Below are positions 1-12,792 of a stretch of DNA of 64,000 nt, piece by piece (the stretch's first letter is position 1; the number at the start of each line of letters is the position of its first letter). The position numbers and the translations under genes are program-made. The notes beneath the pieces were generated by a model that made no database searches, was not told where the DNA came from, and worked only from the letters and a program-made list of their open reading frames with translations. This stretch comes from Saccostrea cucullata. Its lineage: Eukaryota. The stretch covers positions 1 to 64,000 of the forward strand of contig NW_026939913.1 in assembly GCF_032062105.1 (NCBI RefSeq). The letters are read 5' to 3'.

Positions 1-80
1 CCAAGACAAGGAGCACACGGCGGGAGTGACCGGTTGGCAGGGACTGCTCACTCCTTTACGGCAAGTGTCCCCACCTCTAA
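1..80 (+). repeat. Fragment of a common molluscan interspersed repeat (retroelement/SINE-like 3' tail)
   Basis: cacggcgggagtgaccggttggcagggactgctcactcct...cccacctc resembles a widespread oyster repeat motif (CACGGCGGGTGTGACCGGTC...GGGATGCTTACTCCT), recognised from memory only. Confidence 0.4.
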
Positions 81-640
81 TGTTTTGTATTGTTTGATAG
101 ACTTTTAAGCTTAAATTTAATATTGTTCGTTATCTCCATATATTTCATTCTTTTTTTTTTTTTGTTTGATTATCAATTTTTTTCCTGATACATTTTTTTC
201 CTTTTGGTAATATTTTTTTACCCCCCCCCCCTTTACACAACCCCTGAAAACTGAGTTCGCAAGCAATTTTATTTTCGGTAATTTTTTGTCTTCTAACCAC
301 TGATAATTCTTAAATACATAAGTGCAGTACATTCCCCTAAATTTACTAGCTAAATTTTGACCAGTGAAAATTTAAATGTTGAAATATCCCGTTTCCTTTC
401 AAGTTTTGGTGGAAAAATTAAAGTAACAATCATGTCCATTCATATTTCTTTCATAGTCTTTGGAATATATTCTATAGCACTAGAAAATCCAATTGAAACA
501 GATTTTCTGCATGTATTTAACCTGTTTCCATTCCGTTGAAAAATTCAAGTAACAATCATTTTCATTCATGTTTATTAATTCTCTTGAGCATATAAACAAT
601 AGCACTAGATATCCAACTGACACATATTTTCTGCATTTTT

Positions 641-1603
641 CTACAAACTCCGTATGTTATTTCCTGGTGATAACCGGCAAAGGTAAGAAAATCCACTCGA
701 ACAAACTCCACTACGTAAACGTTTCACAGATACTTCAAATACTTCCTCAAAATCTCGCTTTCGTTTTCTTTGATGTGTTTGCTTTTTCTCTGGACCGTTA
801 ACAGGCTCTACAAGTATCGTTTGATTAACGTCTTCATCATTATTAATTGGCTGAACATTTGAGAAGTTCTCTACTTCCGTTACTTCACAGTCACACAAGA
901 AATCTATGACATCACTCACATTGTCGAACTCTTCTGCAAAAGTATTCTCTTCGGCTGGGGATAGGGAATCTATGAATGCAATTAAAAAAAAAATTAAAAC
1001 AAATTCTAAAGCAATTCAATTTCTGGCACTACGATCGAAACATTTTGAAATTTATAGTTTGTTAAAAACAATGGGAAATCAATTTAATCAAGATATTTAC
1101 GACTAAAATGGTTGTTTTAAATTTATTCATATTCATGTCCTCCCAAGCCTTAAAAAATGAACTTTGACCAAAATTGAGATATCTTTTGTAACAATATTGT
1201 GGGAAAATTATTTAACTATAATCGAAAATGTCCTTTCTTGAGAAATGGTGGTGGAAAATAACTTTTATTTACCAATTAGATGAAACAGATCTTGGTCCAG
1301 TACATTTTGAGTGTGACAGTGGGAGATCCTTTGATCACAGGAGCATTCAGGTCCGCCGTGTACCTTCAGTATCGGTTCCTCAGCAGCTTTCATCAGTGAG
1401 GGCGGTAAAGTGTACTCAATATTTGTGTTGATGTAAAGAATTTCAAATAATTCGGCTCTCCGGGAATAATCCATATTAATATCATTTATCAGCCAAATTG
1501 TATCCCACTCTAGCATCGATTTCAGTATGTCAAGGGAGAAACTTTCTTGTATTAAATATTGGAAGCGTTGTTTTATGGCTGAATGCTTTGCAGACAAATA
1601 CAT
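641..1603 (-). CDS. Two-exon orphan protein (~219 aa) with acidic middle, bipartite NLS-like segment and Cys/His cluster
   Basis: Exon 1 1603-1273 ends at G|gtaaat (phase 1). Exon 2 969-641 follows the acceptor tttttaattgcattcatag|. The join G+AT fuses ORFs 1265-1603 and 641-919 in frame (660 nt). TATTTAA lies ~40 nt upstream of the ATG. Confidence 0.5.
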
Positions 1604-4396
1604 TTAATTATGATTTTATTCTTGTCTGGAGGGGGTATCTTAAATATGATAATCACGCGGCTAGACAAAAGTAAGAGTATGTAATATAGATTTCACACTT
1701 ATGATAACATGAGTCGTGTTAAAGCCAAGGCTTTAATTACCGTAACAATACCCGGTGGACGTATTTAAAATCTTTTATTGAAATCCGGAAGCAAAGTTAA
1801 GAGCAATCTTTTAATATTGCATTAATCTATTACATCTCCTATTATATCAGTTAGATTATCATTAAGTATTAATTAAAGAGCTGTAAATTTCAAAGCATTT
1901 TTGGAGTTATTGCGTCAAATACAAGTGGGAACAGATATTTATGATTTTTTTCCGGATTAGTCGATACTTGAGGAACATGGCATTACATGATCCAGGAAAC
2001 AAAACAAACATTCGGAATAAACTCAGTTACATAAGTATTTGACATTTCAGATTTGAGAAAAAAAAGCTTAGACTTTGCCTTGCTTTTCAAAATATTTAAG
2101 TCTTTATCCCCCTTCCCAGAAAAGAATTTCTGGACCCATACTAGAGAAAATATTTTTCAAGACAAAATGAATTCATATCAGGATTGAACTATAACGCATC
2201 AAAATAGAAATAATTTAAAATTCTTGCTGATCGGAGGATTAATCTGGCCAAGTTGGATCTTTCTTTCATTCAATCTAATTAAAATTACATATTTAGATGT
2301 TCCGAATCCTCAACAGCGGTAGCAGATTCGGAACATTTAATTTTAGTTAGATTATCTCTCACTTTATGGTACATTTTTTTTTAACAAATCATGGAATATG
2401 ACCTTACAATAACAATAAAATTTGTAGAGTGGGAGGGGAAAACTTGCGTATGAAAATTCACTATAGCAAAAGACTATACTTAGAAAAAAAAGGCCCCCGT
2501 TGTAAGAACAGGACAATCGTAAAAAAAAAATTATATCCCGTATTCTCTCTCACACTTTAGACAATAAATGACAAATTATCAGACATGAAGACTTTAATTT
2601 TCAAGTTTTGGCAAAACAGATAATCTAAAAATTGAAACATGAATTAAAAGCCTAAATAAATGTGAATCTTGAAATTTTGATATCAAAATTAACAGTGATT
2701 CACAGAAAATTTCGTCAAGCAATGTGCTATTAATATTGAGCTACATGTACATTTTACAAACGTCTCAAGCTACTATGTCACACAACACATATAACCAGAT
2801 ATGGATATATTCAATTTTGAGTTAATACACAGTTCTTCCATGCACTCAGAGCCACAACCTTATCAGTTTCCTGCGTGTCTAAAAAATGTAACAGAACTCT
2901 CCTCTTTCAAGAATACACAAAATTTGAAGAACAAAAAATCGAATCAAATTTGTCAAATATAAATACTTGGAACTTATAAATATGTGAATGCCTACAAAAA
3001 AAGTTAACTCTTAACAAGTCATCCTACAACATTTGAGACAATATCAAGAAAAATAAATAAGTATATAATAAACTATATAGTACACAAGCGTGTTATAAAT
3101 GACAGTTCTCCTTTGCATTCCCAATGGAATTGATAATTCGGAAAAAAAATAAATCATTTCAAATTGTTGTCCTTGGAATGAAAAATTTATGACTTTCGGG
3201 AAATTGAGCTACTCTTTTGTCAATTTGAAAAATAAAATATAATCATGTAATACAATGTAGCGTGACATTAAGGCCTTGTTAAGATTACCGGTATGACAAT
3301 GTTAAATTCAGCACAGTCTTTTGAATATTGGGGAGATATGGAGCTTTGGACAGAATGTTTTGTGTTTAACATTTACTAAGTAGTCTGCAGTACTTATTTT
3401 GTCTGAATTTTCGCCATAAGAAAGACTACCGTAAATAGATTTGTATGTTCAGTAGAAACACAAACTTGTTTCTATGAAGTCTTTAAAACCTAAGTCTTTT
3501 TGAACAAATTAAGAACGAGTTTGTATTTATAATGGATGAACTTTTTTTTAAATAACAAAAATTTCCGATGTCATCAAAGTTGAAAAATTCTACGGAAAAT
3601 ATCACTTTTATTATAAAAATAATAATAAAAAAAACAATCATTTAACTGATCTTAATTCCCTAATTATACATTATTTGTACGATTGAAAAAGTGGTTTTTA
3701 AAATGATTTCAAATGAACAATCATGGATTTTCTTGCTACAATGAAACAATCTGTGCACTTTCTATACGCAGAACATACCCGTGGAAAACCAACTGTCAAA
3801 AAATTTAAAAACAAGCAAAAAAAGCACAATAAATCTTTGCTGAAATGCAAACACAAACGCTTTGAAGAAAGAAGATGCAAGTTACGTAAAATAATACATT
3901 TTTTAATCGATTCAAATTTGTTGGAATTCAAATGTCCTGCATTTGAAATTTAAAATAATAGTGAAAGTTCTTACTATTCGTGTTTCATTTCCATGTAAAC
4001 CTCTTTTTATCATTTCAGTGAAACTGTACAAGTATCCCAGCTTACAAAAGAGTGAAATCTGGAAGAATTTGCTGAATACCCGATTGCAATCAAAAACACA
4101 AAAGAATTGTAAGAATTACAATCAAATTTACAAATCAAACATACAACCAATCATTTTGATTTAACCTTAATTTGTTGAATGAAATTTACAGCATTTATAG
4201 CACAAATATACGAACACAGTTTTACACAATAAAAACGCCAATTCTCTCATTAAAATATATATCATACAACCCCCTCAAAAAACGACATTTTTTTCCTCTT
4301 GGAAAAAAAATTAAAACCAATGAGTAAAATAAAGTTGGTTTTTTTCCATATCGTAATAAATCCAAGTAAGGCAAAGCTATTTTCTGAAAGCAGTGC

Positions 4397-4609
4397 CTAT
4401 AGAATGGCACAGCCGCCTTTTTCTTTGAAGGGGTTGTCCCCAGGGCGGGCAAATCCTCGGATCAGTACGTCTTCCTCTGCATTTTGGTCGCAGTACTTCT
4501 TGATGTCCCGGACACATTCGGAAACTCTCACTCGGGGAAGTGCTGCTTCCAGGCGGAGCTGCTCGACTAACTTCCGCTGCTGTTGCAAACCCTCCTGAAA
4601 TTTGTTCAT
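4397..4609 (-). CDS. Heterotrimeric G-protein gamma subunit (invertebrate Ggamma-1-like), 70 aa
   Basis: GGL-domain pattern LQQQRKLVEQLRLEA...VSE...YC...ED.L...NPFKEK with C-terminal CaaX CAIL. No intron in the CDS. Splice acceptor cttacag|G at 4628, 19 nt upstream of the ATG. Confidence 0.95.
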   Translation of the reverse strand: MNKFQEGLQQQRKLVEQLRLEAALPRVRVSECVRDIKKYCDQNAEEDVLIRGFARPGDNPFKEKGGCAIL

Positions 4610-5562
4610 CTTTGAGTATCGCTACGTCCTGTAAGAATGAAATGATATGTTCAAAGTGAAAGCTTGAGACTTTTGCCGACAATTATCCTTCAATCGAAAA
4701 TCATCTACTATAACATAAAGATTTTTTAAAATCACGATATCCAAATAGGTGCTCCTCAAACCAACTGTATTCCAATGAGAAAAAAAAAATCCCACTGGAT
4801 CCCCTGCAGAACTGAAGTGTGTAAAAACTAATCAATAAAAAAAAATATGAGAAATAAGATAAAGTGCATACACGTAGCAAAAACAGTTCCTCTTGGACCA
4901 CAAGTTTACTTTTCATGTTATTAAAGATTTAAAAATTAAAAATGCCGCAACTGTGGATCTTTCTGTCAAAACGAATCTAAACTATGCCACTTGAGCAAAC
5001 ATAATCCGAGGCATAAATGCACATTTATAGTTTGGTATATCGTCATACATAAGAAACATGCCATTTACTAAGGTTACAACTTTCTTACGTATATATTTAA
5101 AACATTTACAAAAGCAATGAAAACTTTTTGCAACAAGAGTTAACACAGAACTGAAACTCTCCTCATATTAATAGCAAGCTACTTCAAATATACTTGTTTT
5201 TGTGAAAAAAAATTATATGCAAAAAAAGCAACTCTCCCGAACAAATCACATTATTTGACGAGATTAATTAAAATCATGCAGTTAATGTATGTATACGAAA
5301 CCAACCGATGCTGGGCTAAAAATGGATCGCAATTTTGTTGGTCACTAGCTAATTATATTTCTCCCCCTTCTGGTAATGTCTACTCTAAACATCATACCCT
5401 AGCTATTAATGTGAATGTCGTGAAATCCTTAGGAGACTATCTGCAGACACCATTCATCTAATTTTTATTTATACATGTAGCATACGATTCGATTTTTGAA
5501 ATCAACTATACGATTAAAGGCTTCCAGAAACAATACAGCCAATGCTAAAGAAAGAAATCTTT

Positions 5563-5906
5563 TAGTACAATTCTCAGTTAACCTGGACTTTCAGTAAGGC
5601 GTGGCATTCTCGGCGCTACGTAATTAGCGTCTGTCAAATGGCGAATAGATTCTCATTGGTTAAGAAACTAATAATATCAGGAACCTTAATTGTTGTTGAC
5701 AACGATGAGACGACTTAAGCCCCACCTCTTTGCCGTACGAGACCTTGTTATTGGCTATTTGCTACACTCGTTGGCATTCGCCCGAATTTCTATCCCATGT
5801 ATATTTCAACAGTAAATGAAAGCTGTGTAAATTTCAGAAGCTTATTATGTAACGACGAGAATATCACGCCTTACTGAAAGTCCAAGATTAGCTGAAAATT
5901 GTACTA
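5563..5906. mobile_element. MITE with ~60-bp imperfect TIRs, TA-bounded
   Basis: tagtacaattctcagttaacctggactttcagtaaggcgtg... at the left end is mirrored by ...cacgccttactgaaagtccaagattagctgaaaattgtacta at the right end. Confidence 0.8.
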
Positions 5907-8900
5907 GCAACTTTGTCCTCTACCATGATAAATTTTAACTGAAAAATTTCTATTTTTTTTAAGAAGACAACGTGAAGGTAAAAAAAAAATCTAGATTCTC
6001 ATGTTTATTCAACCTCATCTTCATCGATTTCCTTTATACTAACACTTTGATTATATTGACAAGAAAGTCAAACCTTGAATGAAGGAAAAATTCTCTTTGC
6101 AAATGATTTTTCTTTTAGATCACATCGTGACAGAAACCTTGGGTACAACGCACTCTATATCTAGATCTTAATCGAGGATTCCAGAAGTAAATTCCAATAG
6201 ATACACCCATTCCTCAAATACGTACATGTAAAAGGACATTTTCTAAACCATTAAAACTAGCCACTGATAGTGATGCAAAGATGTTTTTATTACAAATGAT
6301 TTCTACGAAACCATTTTGGGCAACCTGATCGTTCAAAGCTTATAATCCACAGTTACCGATTCCTATTATTTGTTTATTTAAAAGTCAGGTAATTGCACCG
6401 ATTTCTATGCTTTGTCAAAGTATATTGAAGTTATCGACGGTTTTCAATTTAGTCAATAATCTCAAAGCAAACCCAGCAGGAGACCAATTAAGAAAGCTTA
6501 GCCGTAATAACAGTACTGACTTCTAACAAATGCAATGAGTGTTGCAGAATGTACAGTCCAGAATATGTACCAATATTAAAAGTGAGCTCGAGGATTAACT
6601 GATGTGTTGGGTGTCTGTCACTTCGTTAACAAAGGGCATCAGTTTATCAAAGTCTCACTTTACTTTTTTCTGTAAAAACAAAGATTTTTTCCCTCAACCT
6701 ATCTCACAAAATGCAGCATAGTCTTTATACCCAATTAATATTCATACACTCATTCTGTTTCATGATCTTTTATGTTTCTGACATAAAGGAATTTTACGTT
6801 CAAAATAATCAGCAAAAACATGATGTCTTCTGCTGAACAAAACAACTTCATTTTCCTCTATAACCTGAGAATTATAAATTATTCACGGTGTAAAAATCAA
6901 TGACCAGATAGATCTGTCATCCATTGCATGTCCATGGAAACAGCAATTTGGCGTTCAAAGCAACTTGTTGAATTGAAGGTAATCACGACCATATATACTG
7001 CTAACACTATCCCTGCTTTATAATGATTTTTCTTAGTCTAAGAACAAGATTTCTTGGAAAAAATTTAAGCCAGCATAAACTTTATAGTGCCAATGACTCC
7101 TTTGCTCACAAGACTTCATAGCACAAACTTAAAGTTCGCATAAACTTTAAAGTAGTATCTTTGCCTATTACTCCTTTGCTTAATTTCAAGAATACAGTTC
7201 AAGTCAGACTTTGTGTTGGATAAATCTATAATTAGAACATCTGGCTTGTCCTCAAGATTATATTTGCTGTCTTGAATTTTCAAAATGAGATTTATATTAA
7301 AATTTGAAGCCATCAGGTAACTTAATTAGCAATATTCAATTAGATGAGAGGAAAAATTATCTACGTAAGTATATCAAGACAGTATTATGTAATAGCCAAT
7401 GCTAATTAATTAAATCCGACAAAAAACAAGCCATCCTTTCTACTGTTCCTTATATTCATTGGAGAAACTATAGTCCCGATTTTTTTTAATTCAGAAAATT
7501 ACTGTAACCATAAGTCTTTGATGAGATTAGCTTGACAGGGTGGACTAGTGCATATAATAAAGAAAGAGAAAGATTATAGAATTTTTTTATTTTTTTTTTT
7601 TTTTGCAAGTTTTAAACCAAAATTTTAGGTGTGATGTTTTGAAAAACTTTCACAGCAAACCTGCATTTAGTAAATTTATCAAAATTGTTTTTACATGTAT
7701 AAACAAAACATAATTGAAGAATAAATGTTACTTAATATTGGACAAGAAGACAAAAACTGTAAAATGGGTAGCCTTTTGAATGAATTTCTATGACATTTTT
7801 ATTTAATTACCATGAAATGTTGTTCACTAAATTCAACAATCAATACATGAAAGGCAACTTCATGTATTCTACCTGTTTTATTGAAATGGGACCAAAGTTG
7901 TAGCAGGCATAACATTTTGAATAAAAGATGCAACAGAGGACATTACCACTGCATAGGCATGCACATCTGGTCTTTTACAGGTAATATAACCAATATTACA
8001 ATACCACACCTAACAAGGTTTTCAACCCACCAAAATTTCCACTCTCACATACCCTAATATTGATGAAAATCCAGTGTGGGATTACCACAGCTGACAAACG
8101 GTCTGTTACATCACAGGACATGGGATCAAAGCGAGGCCATGAATACATTCAATTGGCAAGTTATTGATTATATGGAAATAAGATAATTTATCAAAAAATG
8201 TCCATTTATCAATGCTACAATTGTAAGGAAGATCTCTTTTTTTCAAATTCTGATGTGGAGTTAAAATTCTTAAAAATCATATTTAAACTAAATTTTAATA
8301 TAAAGAATTTCATGCATAAAACCCACAACATATAATTAAATTACAATATTTATTGCAGACTTTGACCAATACAATCAATGTGATTAATTACATTCTGGTT
8401 ATATGACAAACACATATTATATTTACATACAACAACAACCCACTTATGCATACTAAAGTCATTCTTAAACGCCACGAGGAGAATTTGCTTTTCTACCAAA
8501 AACTCTTAAGGTTTTCTGAAGTAGAGCTAATCATTTCCTCGCAGAGGAGTGCTTACATAATGCTAGAAATCCTGAATGCATTTTGATTCCATTAATTATT
8601 TCAAAAAAAGTGTACAACTTTTCATGTAAACAAAACAAAAAAAAAAACATAAAGAAAAACAAACAAAACGAGAAAAATATTTTGTCCAGTTTATCAATTT
8701 ATTTTTCCTAATATGTCAAGTAGAGAAATGGGAAAGGGGCCATAACACTAAACGGGCTTTTCCCAAAATTTGTGGATTAATTATAATGGAGATGGGGAAA
8801 AAAAGTAATTGCAAAAAAAGCCTTATTAATCAGACTGAAGTTTATTATTTTCTGATAAAATATCATTCCAAAGAGAAGCCTGCCAGGCAGAATTGATAAG

Positions 8901-9367
8901 TGGTGCCTGACTATCTCACTCATTCAAGCCTAGCCTACCGGTACTTGCAACAATTCATTATTTTTTGTAGTGCCTCAAGTAGCGTTTCAAAATAAATCAT
9001 TCTCCTATTGAGTTTCCATTCCGCTATTTGATCCGACACTAGATAAATTGCAAAGATTACAGTGCGAAATAGAAAGGTACATTAGCAGTGACATGGCAAA
9101 ATTTTTTTATTGCGGATATATAATGTGAATTAATTTTTGTTTATATATGCCTGAAATGTAAAAATAAAAGTGTATAATATATGTACATCATTTCAACATG
9201 AAACTTAAACATTTCCTTGTATGTAAACAGTCAGATCAAAGTCACTTTGTCCTTTTTTTCAAACAGTATTGATGTCTATAATATCGCAATGTGTTGTACC
9301 CCCAGCAATATTTTTTATCACAAACTGAAGTATATAAATAGTTGGTAAAAAAAAGCCTGTGAAGACA

Positions 9368-9577
9368 TCACAGAATAGCACAAGACTTCTTGTCTTTGAA
9401 AGGGTTGTCTTTGACTGGGAAAAGTAAGGGGTCCTCAGCTGCCATTTGGTTGCAGTAGCCGACTAGCTCGGCAATGGTTTTGGACATAACCATTCGATCA
9501 ACCTTTAAGTGGTGTCTCATTTGATCGGCTGTGCCTCGTAATTTGGCGATCTGGTCACTCTTGGTTTGGAACGGCAT
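9368..9577 (-). CDS. Second, divergent G-protein gamma subunit, 69 aa
   Basis: MPFQTKSDQIAKLRGTADQMRHHLKVDRMVMSKTIAELVGYCNQMAAEDPLLFPVKDNPFKDKKSCAIL contains the DPLL, NPF and CaaX motifs. The true ATG is at 9577, following the acceptor ttttcattgcatgtag| at 9591; the longer ORF start lies in intron. Confidence 0.92.
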   Translation of the reverse strand: MPFQTKSDQIAKLRGTADQMRHHLKVDRMVMSKTIAELVGYCNQMAAEDPLLFPVKDNPFKDKKSCAIL

Positions 9578-10629
9578 TGTGCAAACGACAACTACATGCA
9601 ATGAAAAAATAAATAAATAAAACTCAACACCAACTGAATAAAAATGCACCATGCAAGGAAATGAGACCTGGCTTACTGTGGTGGAACTTATTCTCGGGAA
9701 ATTACGAATTAGCATAATTCTACATCGTAGTTTATCTGCTCCTTATGAATGAGTACTAGTTTTCTTTCCTTGTACTTTATCATTTAATATGTACATACTA
9801 CATACTGCAATTTTGTATCTTGGTAGTAACCATCATCTTGTGCAACAACAGGAAAATTTAAGGAAATACTAACGTTACTGATCATTAAGTACAATTAAAA
9901 TTAAAAAAAACAATTTTTTATGATCTTGCAAGTTTAAAATAATGTTTAATAATGTCTTAATAGAAAAGAATTGGAATAACAATTTATTATTTCCAACTCA
10001 TACGAAATTTTAAATTTTCATTTGTTTTGTGTACGTTTTCTTGTATGCATTTATTTTCTTTGATTTTTTTTGTTTTATGGTGTTTTTTTTTTCTGATTTC
10101 CAACAATGACCAGGTCTCAAACAAAATAAAAATAATAAGAAATCAAAATAAAAACAACAAAAATAGAACAAAATGACACTACACAATACAACATACTCAT
10201 GTAGCTATACATACATGTATGTACTAGTACACAATACATGTACTTCTTTTCCTGTATCCTTTACACCAAAGTAAATGTGTTATAAAGAAAGCTGTTTAAA
10301 GAGGCTCTTCATTTGTGGGTGTGTCTTTCAAAAATTTTATTATTTTTGAAACGGTCAACCAGTAAATGAATCATGGATTATTGTTAGTAATAAGATACTG
10401 GTGGTTGTTTCATCCATTTTAAAAACAAACAATTTTGAAAAAAATTTTGTCAATCAAGTTCCAAACATTTTTTACAAAGACTTGGGGACTAAATAATTTG
10501 TATAAATATTAAAGGTAATATATGATACACTCATGTTTGGTAAATATATTCCTCTCCCAGACTATAGCTCAAAATGCAAGAATAACAAAGGAATACAACA
10601 ACAATACACGGTACCCCACTAATCCTTAC

Positions 10630-10684
10630 CTGGGATTTCTGAGACTGGTCTGGTATTCCTCAACTGGTTCTTCCGGGGAAGGAC
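10630..10684 (-). other. Putative non-coding 5'UTR exon (55 nt) of the G-gamma transcription unit
   Basis: GC-richer island bounded by the acceptor gatcattgtag| and a strong donor CAG|gtaagg. It contains no ATG. Confidence 0.6.
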
Positions 10685-12362
10685 CTACAATGATCAAAAC
10701 CCAAATTGTTGTTAGTATAATTTTTTTTGGAACGAGCATGTTTTTTTAATGATAAAAATACATGTATATATTATCTGCAACGGAAACATATCATTTTTTA
10801 AAATGTAAATGATAAAATTTTATGCTTATATAATCAGGAAAAGTAAGCAAAATATTTATGTTGATACACACTGCTAATGTCTCTTGAATTTTTTCCCTAA
10901 TTCAAACACAGGAAATATATTTAAATGATGTTTGTTCATCATAAATTTATACACACCGGTATATATTTCTATATCAAATATTACAGAATTAAGTGAGGAT
11001 ACAACTACGCCATTTTTAATTGAGATCATTAAGTAAAAATTGAATATCACTAACAATTTATTCCATATGTCATTATGTGCAGTGATTGGGATTGGCTTGC
11101 GCCATGCACCATAGTTGCATTGAAATGAAAAATGGCACATTAAATCAATCAATGTTGGCGGCAAGGTGTGCATTCAATTTTTAGTGATCTTATTTGGAAA
11201 CATTTCACGTACAACTTTCTTACTTGTTTTTAAATGCAGTCTATCTTAGACTTGCCTGCCTGTCGGAAATGTGCGATTAACATGTTAAACATGGTAATCA
11301 TGAAATAACTCTTTTATATTGCTAAGATAATAATGGTAGGTCTAATGAAATATCAGAAGTTTTTCTTGTAGTGTTGTTCCAATTGTTTATATTAAATCAA
11401 AAATCAGTCGATTGCTAGCATAATAAATCCAAGTGCTCGATTATGAAATTTTCATTCCGATTATTTGGGTTATTTATTTTATTTTACAAGAGTAATAGTT
11501 TTTAAGCCGAATATTCCAGCCGCTACTTATCTATTAACTTATTCATGTATCTTAATTTGCAGACAAATAGACATTTTATTGATACCCAAGTAACATTCCT
11601 GGGAATGGATGTACTAGTGGATTCAACAAAATGAACGACAAACCACCTGGACTAGATAGAACATTCTATCGTTAAAATGATATTGTCCTAAGGACTAGGG
11701 CTTGTCCTGAGACACAAATAATAGCTATTGTTTTTGTTCTTTTATGTTCATGCATGTATATCATTGTAAAATTTATAAATCTTTGTAGATATGACTGTTG
11801 ACATTTTATGTATGGGAGAGGACTATCAAAGTTTTTGGAACTTGTGTACAATTCCTTTGAAATGTTGTCAGTAAAATGTTCACAACAAGCTATATACTGC
11901 TAGTGGGATAACCTTTCATACTTCAGCTCAGTCAGTAGATGTATATAAAATTAAATCTTTAAGGGTTGAAGGTATAGCTTATATCAGTCACATTGAACAA
12001 AGTCTTTTTGAAAAGTATACATATATAGACTTTTTACTTTCCTTCTGTAATAGGATCAAGTTTTAGCATTAAAAAGCACTTAGATTCAGGACGCCTACGC
12101 CCAATGTACATATTGTTTAATAACATAACCGGTTACTATGACAACAGAGAAATAACTCATTAAATAAATTCAAAACCTTAAAATATCATTGAAGTTAAAT
12201 TGAGAATGTAGCGTTTCGCCTGCAAATTTTATTGGACTCTATTGGAAAAAAAATACAAGGCCTATCCCTCAATATTCATTAGCAAATTCCTAAAATTTTC
12301 GACAGATCAAAGGGTTTTGATGATCACATTACTTAAAATTTATTTTAAACAAATTATCTTAC

Positions 12363-12792
12363 CTTGCAGGATTCAACTGCTAAATGTGGAACTCTGTAGA
12401 AGAAGAATATTTGTCGCACTTCCTCTAAGAAATGTCAACACCTTTTTTACCATAGAACAATATGGCGTAAGCCTCGTTTTCGTTCTGCTAAAAAAAATCA
12501 ATATACGCAGTAAAACTGGCAATATATGAAAGATTTCAAATTTAATTTTCCTTTTATTTGTTTATTATTTCATTTCTCCAAAACAAAAAAGTTTATGATA
12601 AAGAGTATAATCAATAGACAAACAATTTTTTTCGTTTTCTATCTTCAGTTCAAGGTTCAGATATTAGAATTACAAACGTTTAGCTGACAATGATTGTAAA
12701 TTTTGTAATGGTGGGAAAGAGAATCACAGCCTGAGTTGTTTCTGAAATTTCATTATATTTTGTGAACCGTTCTTTACATTTCAGGAGGTTAG
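12363..12792. promoter_or_regulatory. Putative bidirectional promoter between the G-gamma first exon (-) and the RAE1 first exon (+)
   Basis: Minus-strand donor AAG|gtaaga at 12363, plus-strand donor-like gag|gttag/gtaaag at ~12787-12793, and a YY1-type motif AATATGGCG at 12459-12467. The RAE1 ATG exon is preceded by the acceptor tttcag| at ~14181. Confidence 0.45.

Noticed and set aside
3698-4164. Lys-rich short ORFs
   Set aside because: AT-rich probable 3'UTR of the G-gamma gene, with no motifs or splice support.
9578-9715. N-terminal extension of the second G-gamma ORF (115 aa in the track)
   Set aside because: It runs through a polypyrimidine tract and splice acceptor at 9591; the real start is ATG 9577.
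10630-10684. Possible coding micro-exon (GPSPEEPVEEYQTSLRNP)
   Set aside because: There is no in-frame upstream ATG, and that frame is not continuous with either G-gamma CDS.
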